A program made the position numbers and the translations under genes. Below the pieces are notes generated by a model. It saw only the letters and a program-made list of their open reading frames with translations. It ran no database searches and had not been told where the DNA came from. A stretch of 64,000 nucleotides of DNA from Candidatus Poribacteria bacterium (GTDB taxonomy: Bacteria > Poribacteria > WGA-4E > WGA-3G): contig OZ242029.1 in the NCBI GenBank assembly GCA_965205015.1, forward strand, positions 1,632,001 to 1,696,000, in the 5' to 3' direction. Within the stretch, counting starts at the first letter, position 1. Every line of letters starts with the position of its first letter. Positions 17,260 through 27,128 of the stretch are shown one piece after another.

Positions 17260-19758
17260 TCAAGACCGCTCTAAGATTCCATGTTCTTTGCAATAATCAC
17301 GAATAATTGGTAAGAAATCATCTGCATACTTTTCAGTTTTTACAGGACCAATACCGTGAATCTGCATAAATTCGTCTTTGGTTTGGGGGAAAAAAGTCGC
17401 CATCACTTCCAACGTTTTGTTTGAAAAGACAACAAACGCCGGAACGTCTTCTGCATCAGCAATCATTTTGCGTTTGTTTCGAAGTTGCTCAAAAAGTTCC
17501 AGAGCGTATGCGTGCGGTTCTTCAGATGCTGTCTCAGATGTATTCAGTGCTTCGGTCTCCACCGGTAATCCCCAAAACTGATCGCTTCTGTTAAGCACAC
17601 CCCACCCCTTCTGTGTCACGCGGAGACTGCCGTGTCGGGCATCTCGCTCCAGAAGTTTGTGCTGGAGAAATTGGAGAGACAAATATCGCCATTGTGTTTT
17701 ACTGTAATCTGTGCCAATTCCATGCGTGGAGAGTTGATCATGCCTGTTATTCAGGATTTTTTTTTGTTGCGAACCCCGCAATACATCAATAATATACGCT
17801 TCTCCAAACAGCTGGCCTGTCCGCAGAACGCAGGAAAGAAATTTTTGCGCCGAAGTCGTCAAATCAATCCGTTCCATTTCCGAGTTGCGGCAGTTATCAC
17901 ACATCCCACAATTCTGATTTTCGTATTGCTCCCCGAAATAGGCTAACAACACTTTTCGGCGGCATGCTATTGATGTTGCCCACGAAACAAGCGTCCGCAA
18001 TCGTTCCTGTCGTCCCTGTCTTTCGGATGATGCCCCTTGATTGATGAAGTATTCGATAGTGTCCACGTCACCATAACTGAATAACAAGAGGCAGTCTGCT
18101 GGAAGTCCATCGCGTCCACTGCGTCCAATCTCTTGATAGTAAGATTCCGGTTCCTTCGGCAAACCCGCATGTAGCACAAAACGGACATCTGCTTTATCGA
18201 TACCCATACCGAAGGCGATCGTGGCGACTATCACTTGGATATCACCCTTAATGAAAGCGTCCTGATTTTGTTTGCGGATTTCGTCATCTAAATCTGCGTG
18301 ATAGGGAAGGACAGAAATCTGTCTGGCGGTTAGATCGCGGCATAAGGATTCAACCTGTTTGATCGTTTGACAATAGATAATGCCGGGTTCTTGGCGATGC
18401 TTATGGAGAAACGCAAGGGTCTGATCAAACAATTCAACCTTCGGCTCAACAGCGATAAAGAGGTTTTCTCGATTAAAACTTCCAATGAACTCATGTCGTT
18501 CGTCGAACTTAAGTAATTTTTTAATGTCTCTTCGAACTCGCGGCGTTGCAGTGGCAGTGAGGGCAAGGCAAACCGCACTTTGGAATCGTTCGCGGATAGA
18601 AACCAATTCTCGATAATCCGGACGAAAATCGTGTCCCCACTGTGAAATGCAGTGCGCTTCATCAATCGCAAGACAGGCGACATCTGCTTCATCAAGCATT
18701 ATGCGTATTTCAGACTTCATGAGCGTTTCAGGTGCAAGATAAAGCAATTTGATTTCACCCTGTTTGACCGCCTGCATTGTGGCAACGTATTCAGCATTTC
18801 CGACAGTATGGTTAAGAAAAGCCGCACGAATACCACGGTTTGTCAACTGCATCACCTGGTCCTGCATGAGCGAAATCAGTGGAGAAACGACTACGGTCAT
18901 ACCCTCAAAAATGAGCGCGGGCAATTGATAGCAAAGCGACTTCCCACCACCTGTTGGTAGAACAACCAGCGCATCTTGTCCTTTGAGAATGTGATTAATA
19001 ATATCTTCCTGAAATGGACGGAATTCCGTATGCTTGAAAATATTTTCGAGAATCTCTAAAGGGGATCGTGTCAATATTTGAGGGAGTGGGAGTTTCTCTT
19101 CATGGGAAGGTTTCTGTTCTTTCTGTTTTACCGCTTCGAGAAACCAACCCGAAATTTGCGCGTAGCAACGCTCACCTACTTCTGGTATATCTTCTGGTTT
19201 CCACCAATGTGCTAAAGATACACGCAAGAGCGTCCCGGTAGGAAGGGTCTCAGGAGGTTCCTGAAAACCCGCAAAAGTAAATGTGCAACCGCCGTTTTCG
19301 GTGGGGTAGCGATACCGGACCTTCCGCCCCTCCGTATCGCGAGTGAGAGGCTGGTCGGTTCGCCAAAATATAGTACTGTAGGGTGGAATGCCGCTCCGCT
19401 TGGCAATGTGAAGTCTACCACGCGCAGTGTTTTGCAATAAACCTTCATAGAGGACTCGTGGATGCCCAGTTTTCGGCGGCATTAAAAGTTCAATCGCACT
19501 CACCAGGTCTTTCATGTTTTCTGTGGTGTGGAGACGCGATTTCTTATGCACGACAAAGTTTTCATTGTGCGGTGGAATCAACGAAGTTTCGGGTTCTCCC
19601 GTAATCTCCCAAATATCACCAACCTCATATTCCCGATTCGCGCCGTCATGTGGATCAGCATTGAACGGAACCAGCCGGACGCTTTCCCCTTTTTGTGTAA
19701 TCGCGCCGATACACGCACCACTTCCCATTCGGGTTTTCGCAACAATGAGGACTCTCAC
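17260..19758 (-). CDS. recQ: RecQ helicase with an extra ~210-aa N-terminal dual-OB-fold-like domain
   Basis: PTGGGKS, DEAH, LTATA, ATIAFGMGID, QEIGRSGRDG, Zn CRR..CGMCDNC, RQC and HRDC; N-terminus MRVLIVAKTRMGSGACIGAI..VRLVP. Confidence 0.9.
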   Translation of the reverse strand: MRVLIVAKTRMGSGACIGAITQKGESVRLVPFNADPHDGANREYEVGDIWEITGEPETSLIPPHNENFVVHKKSRLHTTENMKDLVSAIELLMPPKTGHPRVLYEGLLQNTARGRLHIAKRSGIPPYSTIFWRTDQPLTRDTEGRKVRYRYPTENGGCTFTFAGFQEPPETLPTGTLLRVSLAHWWKPEDIPEVGERCYAQISGWFLEAVKQKEQKPSHEEKLPLPQILTRSPLEILENIFKHTEFRPFQEDIINHILKGQDALVVLPTGGGKSLCYQLPALIFEGMTVVVSPLISLMQDQVMQLTNRGIRAAFLNHTVGNAEYVATMQAVKQGEIKLLYLAPETLMKSEIRIMLDEADVACLAIDEAHCISQWGHDFRPDYRELVSIRERFQSAVCLALTATATPRVRRDIKKLLKFDERHEFIGSFNRENLFIAVEPKVELFDQTLAFLHKHRQEPGIIYCQTIKQVESLCRDLTARQISVLPYHADLDDEIRKQNQDAFIKGDIQVIVATIAFGMGIDKADVRFVLHAGLPKEPESYYQEIGRSGRDGLPADCLLLFSYGDVDTIEYFINQGASSERQGRQERLRTLVSWATSIACRRKVLLAYFGEQYENQNCGMCDNCRNSEMERIDLTTSAQKFLSCVLRTGQLFGEAYIIDVLRGSQQKKILNNRHDQLSTHGIGTDYSKTQWRYLSLQFLQHKLLERDARHGSLRVTQKGWGVLNRSDQFWGLPVETEALNTSETASEEPHAYALELFEQLRNKRKMIADAEDVPAFVVFSNKTLEVMATFFPQTKDEFMQIHGIGPVKTEKYADDFLPIIRDYCKEHGILERS

Positions 19759-20243
19759 GGTAAAATGTCTTCGACCTCCAAATCGAGGGTTTTCGCTAAT
19801 TTAGCCGCGACCAAGGAGCGGTGACATGCCTCCGGTGCGGTTTCTACACAAAAGAGAGCAACGACTTTGGCATCCGATTCCAGTTCATCCAACAGACTTT
19901 GGGGTTCAAATTCGGCAAGGCATTCAGTCTGATAGGCTTCAATAAACGCTTCTCCCAATGTGGTGCGTTTGCGTTTAGCCGTTTTGCTTGCTTTATCGGC
20001 CGCTGCCTGTTTCTCTCGGACGGTTTTCGTTGGACCGAGGTCTTTTCGGTAGATATATCGGATGCCGAGTTCTGATAGACGCGCTTGCAGTCGCACACTG
20101 TTGGCGAATGCATAAGTTGCACCGCGGAGACCGCGCCGACTACGGATATCGCAAAATGTATCGACCTCTGCCTGGCAGAGTGCCTCAAAAAAACCGGATT
20201 CGTCAAAGCCGTATACACCGATGGTAACAATTTTAATTTTCAT
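19755..20243 (-). CDS. DUF488-family protein
   Basis: VTIGVYG, DIRSRR, LFCVETAPEACHRS; ATGA overlap with recQ. Confidence 0.85.
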   Translation of the reverse strand: MKIKIVTIGVYGFDESGFFEALCQAEVDTFCDIRSRRGLRGATYAFANSVRLQARLSELGIRYIYRKDLGPTKTVREKQAAADKASKTAKRKRTTLGEAFIEAYQTECLAEFEPQSLLDELESDAKVVALFCVETAPEACHRSLVAAKLAKTLDLEVEDILP

Positions 20244-20254
20244 AGTGGATAGAA

Positions 20255-20809
20255 TTATGTGTATTTTTTTCGAGAATGAAACGTCTCTTCGCCAAACATT
20301 GACAATTGTCCACCCGTCAGACGTTCAACGACTTGCTCCTGTGTCACTTGGACGTCATTTTCGTCGATGTGGATGACCGGTATATCCTGTGTTGTAAGGG
20401 TCGCACCGATAAGTTTACATCGGTGGCACTCCTCTGGTTTCCCTTCACTGCACATCAAGACAACAGAGTGTTGTTGCGAGAAGGCAGTGTGCAGGCGTTC
20501 AATACCGCGTTGGTAGTATTCCCTCTCTTTGACCTTTTCGTAGTCAAGTCTTCCGTTGACGTAACACGTTTCGTCGTCGGGTCTACCACCGAGTGTGTCT
20601 CCCATGAACACATATCGGATGCCGTGCTGTTCGAGTTCCTTCGCTAACGCGGCTTTGGCGAATTCCGGTTTATAGCGTGAATAGGGGGCGGAGCGGACAT
20701 CGATAAGGTAGGCGATCTCATGCCGATGCAGCACTTCGATAAATTCTGCAATCGAACGACTTCCGTAGCCTATGGTATAGATTGGAATGGGCCTAAGTGA
20801 TCTTTCCAT
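20255..20809 (-). CDS. DUF488-family protein
   Basis: IYTIGYG, DVRSAPYSR, LGGRP, LMCSEGKPEECHR. Confidence 0.88.
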   Translation of the reverse strand: MERSLRPIPIYTIGYGSRSIAEFIEVLHRHEIAYLIDVRSAPYSRYKPEFAKAALAKELEQHGIRYVFMGDTLGGRPDDETCYVNGRLDYEKVKEREYYQRGIERLHTAFSQQHSVVLMCSEGKPEECHRCKLIGATLTTQDIPVIHIDENDVQVTQEQVVERLTGGQLSMFGEETFHSRKKYT

Positions 20810-20861
20810 AATAGATATATCATATCACAGGGTCCCCGAAAAGGCAATTGAATCCTGCTGT

Positions 20862-21545
20862 TTAAAATAAAGAGGCTACCACCCGAAAGCCGATGTCTAC
20901 CAGCCAGACCAACACGATTAACCACTCCACTCTTTTTCTTTTTAGATCGGCAACAATTGCGACCCCCACTGAAAGGACAATAAGATACCATAGCGCAAAT
21001 GGAGTCATCTGACTGAGAAGCGTAAGCTTCAGAGTTCCGAGGGGGTGGTCTCCGAAGAGAAGATGGAGCCCCGGAATCATTTGGAGGTCTATCGGCGTTT
21101 GGACATCATTAATGTCCTTGAAACCTAACAACAGCACTGCATTGATGAGATTTGAAAGGACCAGAATTAATTCCACATGCACCACAACGGCGAACTTTTG
21201 CTTAAATTTCAACGCCTGCTGGCTCCCGAGGAATTGGGAACCGAAATAGAGTATTCCGGCAGAAATTAAACATTTGGCGAACAATAAAAACGGCGTAAAG
21301 AGAAGGGTTAGAAAGCTCAGTCTCTCTACAGTTGTTTGATTTTGTTCGATGTGAGGTGCATCAAGACCGGGTTCGAGCATTTTAATCTGTTGTGAAAATG
21401 GCAAAACTGCCCACGCAATGCCGATGGACACCAAAGCGATAATGATGAACGCTTTAAACCCGTCGGGTTGATCCTTTAGCACCCGAAACGCTGCGCTCGG
21501 TTTACCGATAATATTTGCGAAAATCTTCAATGTCCGATACATCAT
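20862..21545 (-). CDS. Yip1-like membrane protein
   Basis: About five hydrophobic segments, N-terminal KPSAAF pattern, downstream of ABC genes. Confidence 0.65.
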   Translation of the reverse strand: MMYRTLKIFANIIGKPSAAFRVLKDQPDGFKAFIIIALVSIGIAWAVLPFSQQIKMLEPGLDAPHIEQNQTTVERLSFLTLLFTPFLLFAKCLISAGILYFGSQFLGSQQALKFKQKFAVVVHVELILVLSNLINAVLLLGFKDINDVQTPIDLQMIPGLHLLFGDHPLGTLKLTLLSQMTPFALWYLIVLSVGVAIVADLKRKRVEWLIVLVWLVDIGFRVVASLF

Positions 21546-21603
21546 AGACCTCTTTTGCTGTTTGGAGCCAGTTCAGCTGTTAGCATCTTCTGGGACACGT
21601 TTA

Positions 21604-23211
21604 TTATACGCTAACGGGACGTACCCTTGCGAAGTATTCTCTTCTTTTGGTGAGAATGACTCCCACCCCGATTGTGAGCGTGTATGCGGCGATGTACAAA
21701 TAGATGTGGAACTGATACGCAACATAGTGAATGCTGAAAACCCCACCGAAAATAATCAAACCGAGGGCAAAGGTCAGAATGTCGTCCATTCCTTTTTTCT
21801 GTCGCGGTTCTCGTGAAAAGGGGAGTATCGCCACTGATCCCCAGTAGAAGGAGAGGTAACACAGACAACCCGTGAGACTCGGTAACAGATAAACCACTGC
21901 CAAAAGAGGGTTCCAAAGAAGGACAGAGATTCCGGTGAAAACAGTGAAGTAGGGAACGATGAAGTAAGCGATAATCGCTAATTTCACACCCTTAAAGAAA
22001 TGTGCATGGGATTCCATCGGGGCAATTGTAAAAATCCATGCCGCTTTCCAATCTTCTGAGTACTTGAGGACACTGAGGAGATAACTCAGAAGAAACGTGC
22101 AAATATAGAACGAATAGATCGGAACGCCGACTGCCACCCCGATGCTAAACGGAAGACCCATGAGTTCAGGAATCATCTGGAGCATAGGAATGATAGCAGC
22201 CAGGGGAATCCCGATCATCGCGAAGAATCTGACTTTTATGTTGCGGTCCCTTTTCAGGTAGATGGATACGAGTTGGAAACCCGCTTGTGTCTCAGTATTT
22301 TTCAGGAACACCGTTAAACGGCTGCCTACCCTGTTTACCTTCCGTATGGTACTCGGCGACTCCAACAAGCGCGAAACGTGTCCGGCGTATTTCAGCGAGA
22401 TCCGTCCCAGTGGGAGGACGACGCATAAAATCGTCGAGAGGACAGCCAGAATCGACAGATATAAAAAGAGTACCTGTGTCTCTCCAAGTGTGAAATGGAC
22501 AAGCCCAGCAAACCAACTGCACGGCAGGATGTAAATCCATTTCAATTCTCCAATCTGATTCCAGTCAACGAGCGCAACGCGAAAAATTGAGATAAGACGC
22601 GGTAGAAAATAAAAACATAGTGGCACCAGAATCGCGAGAACCAACTGTGAATATGCAACGAGGTTTCGGAATCTCTCCCACCGATACAGTTTTATCAAAT
22701 ATCCATAGAACGCTGAAATGAATCCGACAACGAAGAACGCTGCCATGAAGGATACGGGTAGATAAATTGCTGGAAAGAGAGTGGGTGCGTTTTTCGACCA
22801 TATCCCTAAAATTGCTGGCGGAAGGTTCAATACCGCTGCGAAAACAACTATGTAAAGCAATACATGGGTGAATTTCACAAGAAAGTAGGTTCGCGATGAA
22901 ACGGGGAGATGCGCCAACGTCCGATAATCTGTTGGGTTGATGATCACCTCAAGCCGAGAGATGACAGTGAACGCCAGCATCGTCATTGAGATGAACAGTG
23001 TGAGGAGCGTGAAACTGAAGCTATCGAGTGCGAAGGCGGAGAAGGATACAAATGTACTTGAAATCGCATACAAACCTACCAATAGAGCCGGAGAATTATT
23101 GAGAAAAGATTTTGAAGGTTCCCTACGCGCGTTCACACGCCTATCGGTCTTCAGCAGCAGTCTGTATTGATGGGGTTCAGCACCAAGGATTTTAAGAAAT
23201 CTGTTAAACAT
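21604..23211 (-). CDS. ABC exporter permease
   Basis: Polytopic membrane protein, LAHLPVSSRTYFLVK; overlaps the ABC ATPase. Confidence 0.75.
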   Translation of the reverse strand: MFNRFLKILGAEPHQYRLLLKTDRRVNARREPSKSFLNNSPALLVGLYAISSTFVSFSAFALDSFSFTLLTLFISMTMLAFTVISRLEVIINPTDYRTLAHLPVSSRTYFLVKFTHVLLYIVVFAAVLNLPPAILGIWSKNAPTLFPAIYLPVSFMAAFFVVGFISAFYGYLIKLYRWERFRNLVAYSQLVLAILVPLCFYFLPRLISIFRVALVDWNQIGELKWIYILPCSWFAGLVHFTLGETQVLFLYLSILAVLSTILCVVLPLGRISLKYAGHVSRLLESPSTIRKVNRVGSRLTVFLKNTETQAGFQLVSIYLKRDRNIKVRFFAMIGIPLAAIIPMLQMIPELMGLPFSIGVAVGVPIYSFYICTFLLSYLLSVLKYSEDWKAAWIFTIAPMESHAHFFKGVKLAIIAYFIVPYFTVFTGISVLLWNPLLAVVYLLPSLTGCLCYLSFYWGSVAILPFSREPRQKKGMDDILTFALGLIIFGGVFSIHYVAYQFHIYLYIAAYTLTIGVGVILTKRREYFARVRPVSV

Positions 23212-23980
23212 TTCTGTGTTCCGTCATGGTTTGAATGACGCCGGCGGACTTTACACCGACTTCGTCTGCGTCCGTCATGAGTGCGAAGATCTCCTCAAGA
23301 GAGGTCCGATGTGCCATCTCCCGCAGTTCATCAATGCTCCCGTCAGCCACAATTTTTCCGCGATTCAAAATCAGAACACGGTGGCAGATGTTCTCGGCAA
23401 CGTCCAGAATATGGGTGCAATAGAGAACCGTTTTTCCGATACCCGCGAGGTCTTGCAAAATTTTCTTCATCAGTGTCACGGTTGAGACATCAAGGTTGCT
23501 AAAGGGTTCATCAAGGAAAAGGACATCGGGATTATGGAGGAGCGCGGAGATAATCAGTACCTTCTGCCGCATCCCTTTTGATAAACTGCTAATCCGTTGA
23601 TGTGCCGCCCGCGTGAGTTGAAACACCTCAAGAAAATCATCTATTTTCTCAGCGATCGAATTTTCAGACATGTGATACAGTTGACCGACCAATTGTAGGT
23701 ATTCAACGGATGTGAGCGTCTCGTAGAGGATTGCGTCTTCAGGGACATACCCGATGCGTCTTTTGAGTTCAATATTGTCTGTCTGACTATCACATCCTGC
23801 AACAACGATTTGTCCGCGCGTCGGTTGTAGCATACCAACCAGCATTTTTACAGTTGTCGATTTACCTGCCCCGTTTGGACCCAGATAGCCGACAATTTGA
23901 CCCGGCGGGATTTCAAAACTGATATTGTCAACAGCGACAGTGCGACCATAGGTTTTCGTAAGTTCAGACACACAAATCAT
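23204..23980 (-). CDS. ABC transporter ATP-binding protein
   Basis: GPNGAGKST, LSKGMRQK, FLDEP, TH. Confidence 0.93.
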   Translation of the reverse strand: MICVSELTKTYGRTVAVDNISFEIPPGQIVGYLGPNGAGKSTTVKMLVGMLQPTRGQIVVAGCDSQTDNIELKRRIGYVPEDAILYETLTSVEYLQLVGQLYHMSENSIAEKIDDFLEVFQLTRAAHQRISSLSKGMRQKVLIISALLHNPDVLFLDEPFSNLDVSTVTLMKKILQDLAGIGKTVLYCTHILDVAENICHRVLILNRGKIVADGSIDELREMAHRTSLEEIFALMTDADEVGVKSAGVIQTMTEHRNV

Positions 23981-24365
23981 AGAAATAACCTCCATTCACC
24001 CGCGCCGCGAACGATGAAACGACAGAAATACCACCAGATGTTACAGCACGCGGCGTATGCCTTCTACTTTTAATTATAAACATAAAATCGAAAAAGTTAA
24101 TACCCAATTTGCACTTTTTTGCAGAATTTTTAGGAATTTGGGCAATTTTTTCATTTTTCTGCTTTCTTTTCCCAAAAATCAGTGAGATATCTACAGAATA
24201 CTCCGGATCTCACAAAAAACAGATAATGCTTCAGCACAATCCGATAGGGTCTTGAACCAAATACCAGTGTTCCAAAATATCGTTGCCATTTTTCTCCAGT
24301 GTATGCTATATTATCCGCAATAAAAACAGACTATCAGAACTGCGTCTTCCGCACTCCCTCACCTA

Positions 24366-24920
24366 ATGATGAAGAACTATAGCGTCAGAATGATTCGTGA
24401 GAATATGGAGAATATCCCGCAATTTCCGATGCCAGAGGGGTATGCCATCCGGAATTATCGCCGGAATGAGGGACATATCTGGACACGGATTCTGAAAGCC
24501 GGCGAACCCTATATGGAAATTGACGACGGGCTTTTTGATCGCGAGTTTAAACGCCATCTCTCAGTAATGGAGGATAGAAGTTTTTACCTAACGACGGACG
24601 TAGGCGAGGAAATCGGCACAATCACGGCGTGGTGGCAAAATATAGAGGGAGAGGTGTGGGGACAGATACACTGGGTCGTGATTCATCCCGACTATCAAGG
24701 ACATGGGCTTTCGAAACCGATGATGACCGTAGCGATGGAGCGTCTGAAACAATCCCACGATCGCTGTTTTCTCGGCACGTCAACCGGGCGTATGGCAGCA
24801 ATAAAAGTGTATCTTGACTTTGGTTTCATGCCGGACCTTTCACATGAGAATAGCAAAGAAGCTTGGACAGAGGTCGCATCCGTTTTGGAGCACCCTATTT
24901 TAAAGGAGATTGCATTGTGA
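24366..24920 (+). CDS. GNAT N-acetyltransferase
   Basis: VIHPDYQGHGLSK, AIKVYLDFGF. Confidence 0.88.
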   Translation: MMKNYSVRMIRENMENIPQFPMPEGYAIRNYRRNEGHIWTRILKAGEPYMEIDDGLFDREFKRHLSVMEDRSFYLTTDVGEEIGTITAWWQNIEGEVWGQIHWVVIHPDYQGHGLSKPMMTVAMERLKQSHDRCFLGTSTGRMAAIKVYLDFGFMPDLSHENSKEAWTEVASVLEHPILKEIAL

Positions 24921-26128
24921 ACGGGACAATAATTCCATCTCTTAGCGAGCAGCAGATCACCGATTACCATGAGGACGGCTATGTAATTCTGCGGAGTGTC
25001 TTATCCGCGAAGGAGGCGGATGAACTTCGGGGCGTCGTCCAAGAAGAGGTAAAACGCGATGCCTATCCATCGACACTTAAATATCCTGAGCCGGCGAAAT
25101 ATACGGTAAGTGGCAACCGTCTCGCCGAACCCGGACTCACCGCAATTGCTGAGCATCCGACGGTTATCGGTGCCGTAGAATCCGCCCTCGGTCAACCGGC
25201 ACATCTCACGGCTTATGTCGCGTATCTGCGGACACCCGGCGATAAAGGGGGTAGGGCGCATTGCGACTACAAACGCTGGCGGCCTGTCGGATCATCAATG
25301 AACTGGGTGTTCGCCATCATCCCACTGACCGATTTTGATACGGCGTACGGTCCCTTTCTTGTGTCACCCAAATCACACAAATTGACACAGGTAATTGATT
25401 CGGACGCACACATCTTAGATCTCACGCGTCCTGATCCGGAGCAGTTACCCGATTTCATTGATCCGGAACTCAAAGCAGGGGACTTACTTGTCGTCAACGA
25501 GCACGTCTGGCACGAAGCACCCCCTGGCACCACAACCGAGGATCGGTGCGGGATTTTCAATAAATATTGTGCAATAGACGCGCCGCCCGCCGCGGGATAT
25601 TACCCTTACAATCCCGACGCGTTGGACGCATTGAGCGACGATGGGAAGCGTCTGATTCCCGTCTGTTTTGACAAGCCGATTGCGACGACGCGCCTGCTTA
25701 TTGAGGATTCATCGACTCAGGAATCGAAATTCTTGCTCCACCGCAATGCCGAAACAAATTCTTGGGAGTTGCCGGGAGGCGAAGGTTGGGAAGAGGAGAA
25801 AGGAGTCGGTTGGGATGTCGGTGCGCGGATCGGTTCACTTCAAGAGCTCACCCAAACCCAACTCGGTTTAGATGTCGCTTGGATGTCTTATATTGAAGAT
25901 GTTGAGGAAGCAGATGGGATCTGCCGCATCTACGGATTCTCCGATGAAAGCTTAGACATCGATGCCCTCGCAAATGGCGGTTACGACTGGTTTACAAAGT
26001 CCGAGCTGCAACGACACCTCGGTGAGGGTGACGCTGTTTGCGGTGCTGTTGATACATGGCAGCAAGCGGATGTGATTCGGGGTAAAGGCACGGCATGTCG
26101 TCAGAGCCGATACCAGTTTGATGCCTAA
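24917..26128 (+). CDS. PhyH-family Fe(II)/2OG dioxygenase with a Nudix-like C-terminal domain
   Basis: YHEDGYV, HCD, AGDLLVVNEHVWH; C-terminal WELPGG; GTG start overlaps the GNAT stop. Confidence 0.75.
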   Translation: MNGTIIPSLSEQQITDYHEDGYVILRSVLSAKEADELRGVVQEEVKRDAYPSTLKYPEPAKYTVSGNRLAEPGLTAIAEHPTVIGAVESALGQPAHLTAYVAYLRTPGDKGGRAHCDYKRWRPVGSSMNWVFAIIPLTDFDTAYGPFLVSPKSHKLTQVIDSDAHILDLTRPDPEQLPDFIDPELKAGDLLVVNEHVWHEAPPGTTTEDRCGIFNKYCAIDAPPAAGYYPYNPDALDALSDDGKRLIPVCFDKPIATTRLLIEDSSTQESKFLLHRNAETNSWELPGGEGWEEEKGVGWDVGARIGSLQELTQTQLGLDVAWMSYIEDVEEADGICRIYGFSDESLDIDALANGGYDWFTKSELQRHLGEGDAVCGAVDTWQQADVIRGKGTACRQSRYQFDA

Positions 26129-26129
26129 A

Positions 26130-27038
26130 CTATCTCTTGGAATCGGCTTCGAGCCGCTTTTTCTGCTCTTCGAGCATCTTCTGCTGACGCTTGACGCGTT
26201 CTGGGACTAAACGTTCCCGCTGTGCCGTCGGTTTAAAGTCCAATCTCTCTTTCCCTAATCCGTGCAGCACGGCTAATTCCACGGGTGAGAAATCGTCTGG
26301 ATTCTCACGGTTGAAATTCATCGGTTCCTTCAGGGAAACTGGTGGATTCGTGATGAAACGGGCGCGTCCCGATGGGTTCTGCGAGGCGGCGTGCAAGATG
26401 AACGGATGCAACAGCACAACATCGCCCGCGTTCCCCGTGATTTCTACAAAGTCTTGGCATTTGTCAATGAGTTGCCCAAATCCGCCAGGCAACACCCCTT
26501 CTGGATGTGCATACAACCGCTGTGCGACATGTTGGACTGAATCGCACGCCACAAACGTCCCACCACTTTTTGGATAGATATCCGACCAGACGACGATTGT
26601 GAGCAACCCCTGCTCCGGGCTATCTAAGAAATGACGGAAGAAATCGCCATCTTTGTGCCACCCACCGACTTCTGGAGAAGGTGGTTGCCAAGGTGTGTCC
26701 GCGCCTAACGCAAAGTTAATAATGAAACCGTCGCCCCATCCGGGCTTTGCGTCGCCCCAAAAATTGACAATCCTGTCTTCACCGCCGAGCAGATCACAGA
26801 TGGCATCCCACGCCCTCGGTGCAACGTCCTCAATCAGTACTCTGTTCATAGAAGGCAGATGAACTCGGGGTTCTTCCCAAGTTGTTGGATCGTCTGGGTC
26901 ATAACCGAGTCGTTTGAAAGCAAAGTCTCGCCATTCTTCTGCCAACTCGCGTGGAAAGCAGTCTTTCAGAATAACATGTCCCTTCTCAACGAAGTGGTTA
27001 ACATCTTCTTGGGTAAGTGTCCTATAGGTTTTTGCCAT
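26130..27038 (-). CDS. PhyH-family dioxygenase-like protein
   Basis: WHKD, GDVVLLHPFILH. Confidence 0.75.
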   Translation of the reverse strand: MAKTYRTLTQEDVNHFVEKGHVILKDCFPRELAEEWRDFAFKRLGYDPDDPTTWEEPRVHLPSMNRVLIEDVAPRAWDAICDLLGGEDRIVNFWGDAKPGWGDGFIINFALGADTPWQPPSPEVGGWHKDGDFFRHFLDSPEQGLLTIVVWSDIYPKSGGTFVACDSVQHVAQRLYAHPEGVLPGGFGQLIDKCQDFVEITGNAGDVVLLHPFILHAASQNPSGRARFITNPPVSLKEPMNFNRENPDDFSPVELAVLHGLGKERLDFKPTAQRERLVPERVKRQQKMLEEQKKRLEADSKR

Positions 27039-27128
27039 GTTTTAATTATTCCTTGCGGTTCGGTCAGAGGGTTGGTTAAACAACATTACCCACCGTAGGT
27101 CCGCCTATTCCGTTGTTGCAGGCTACAA

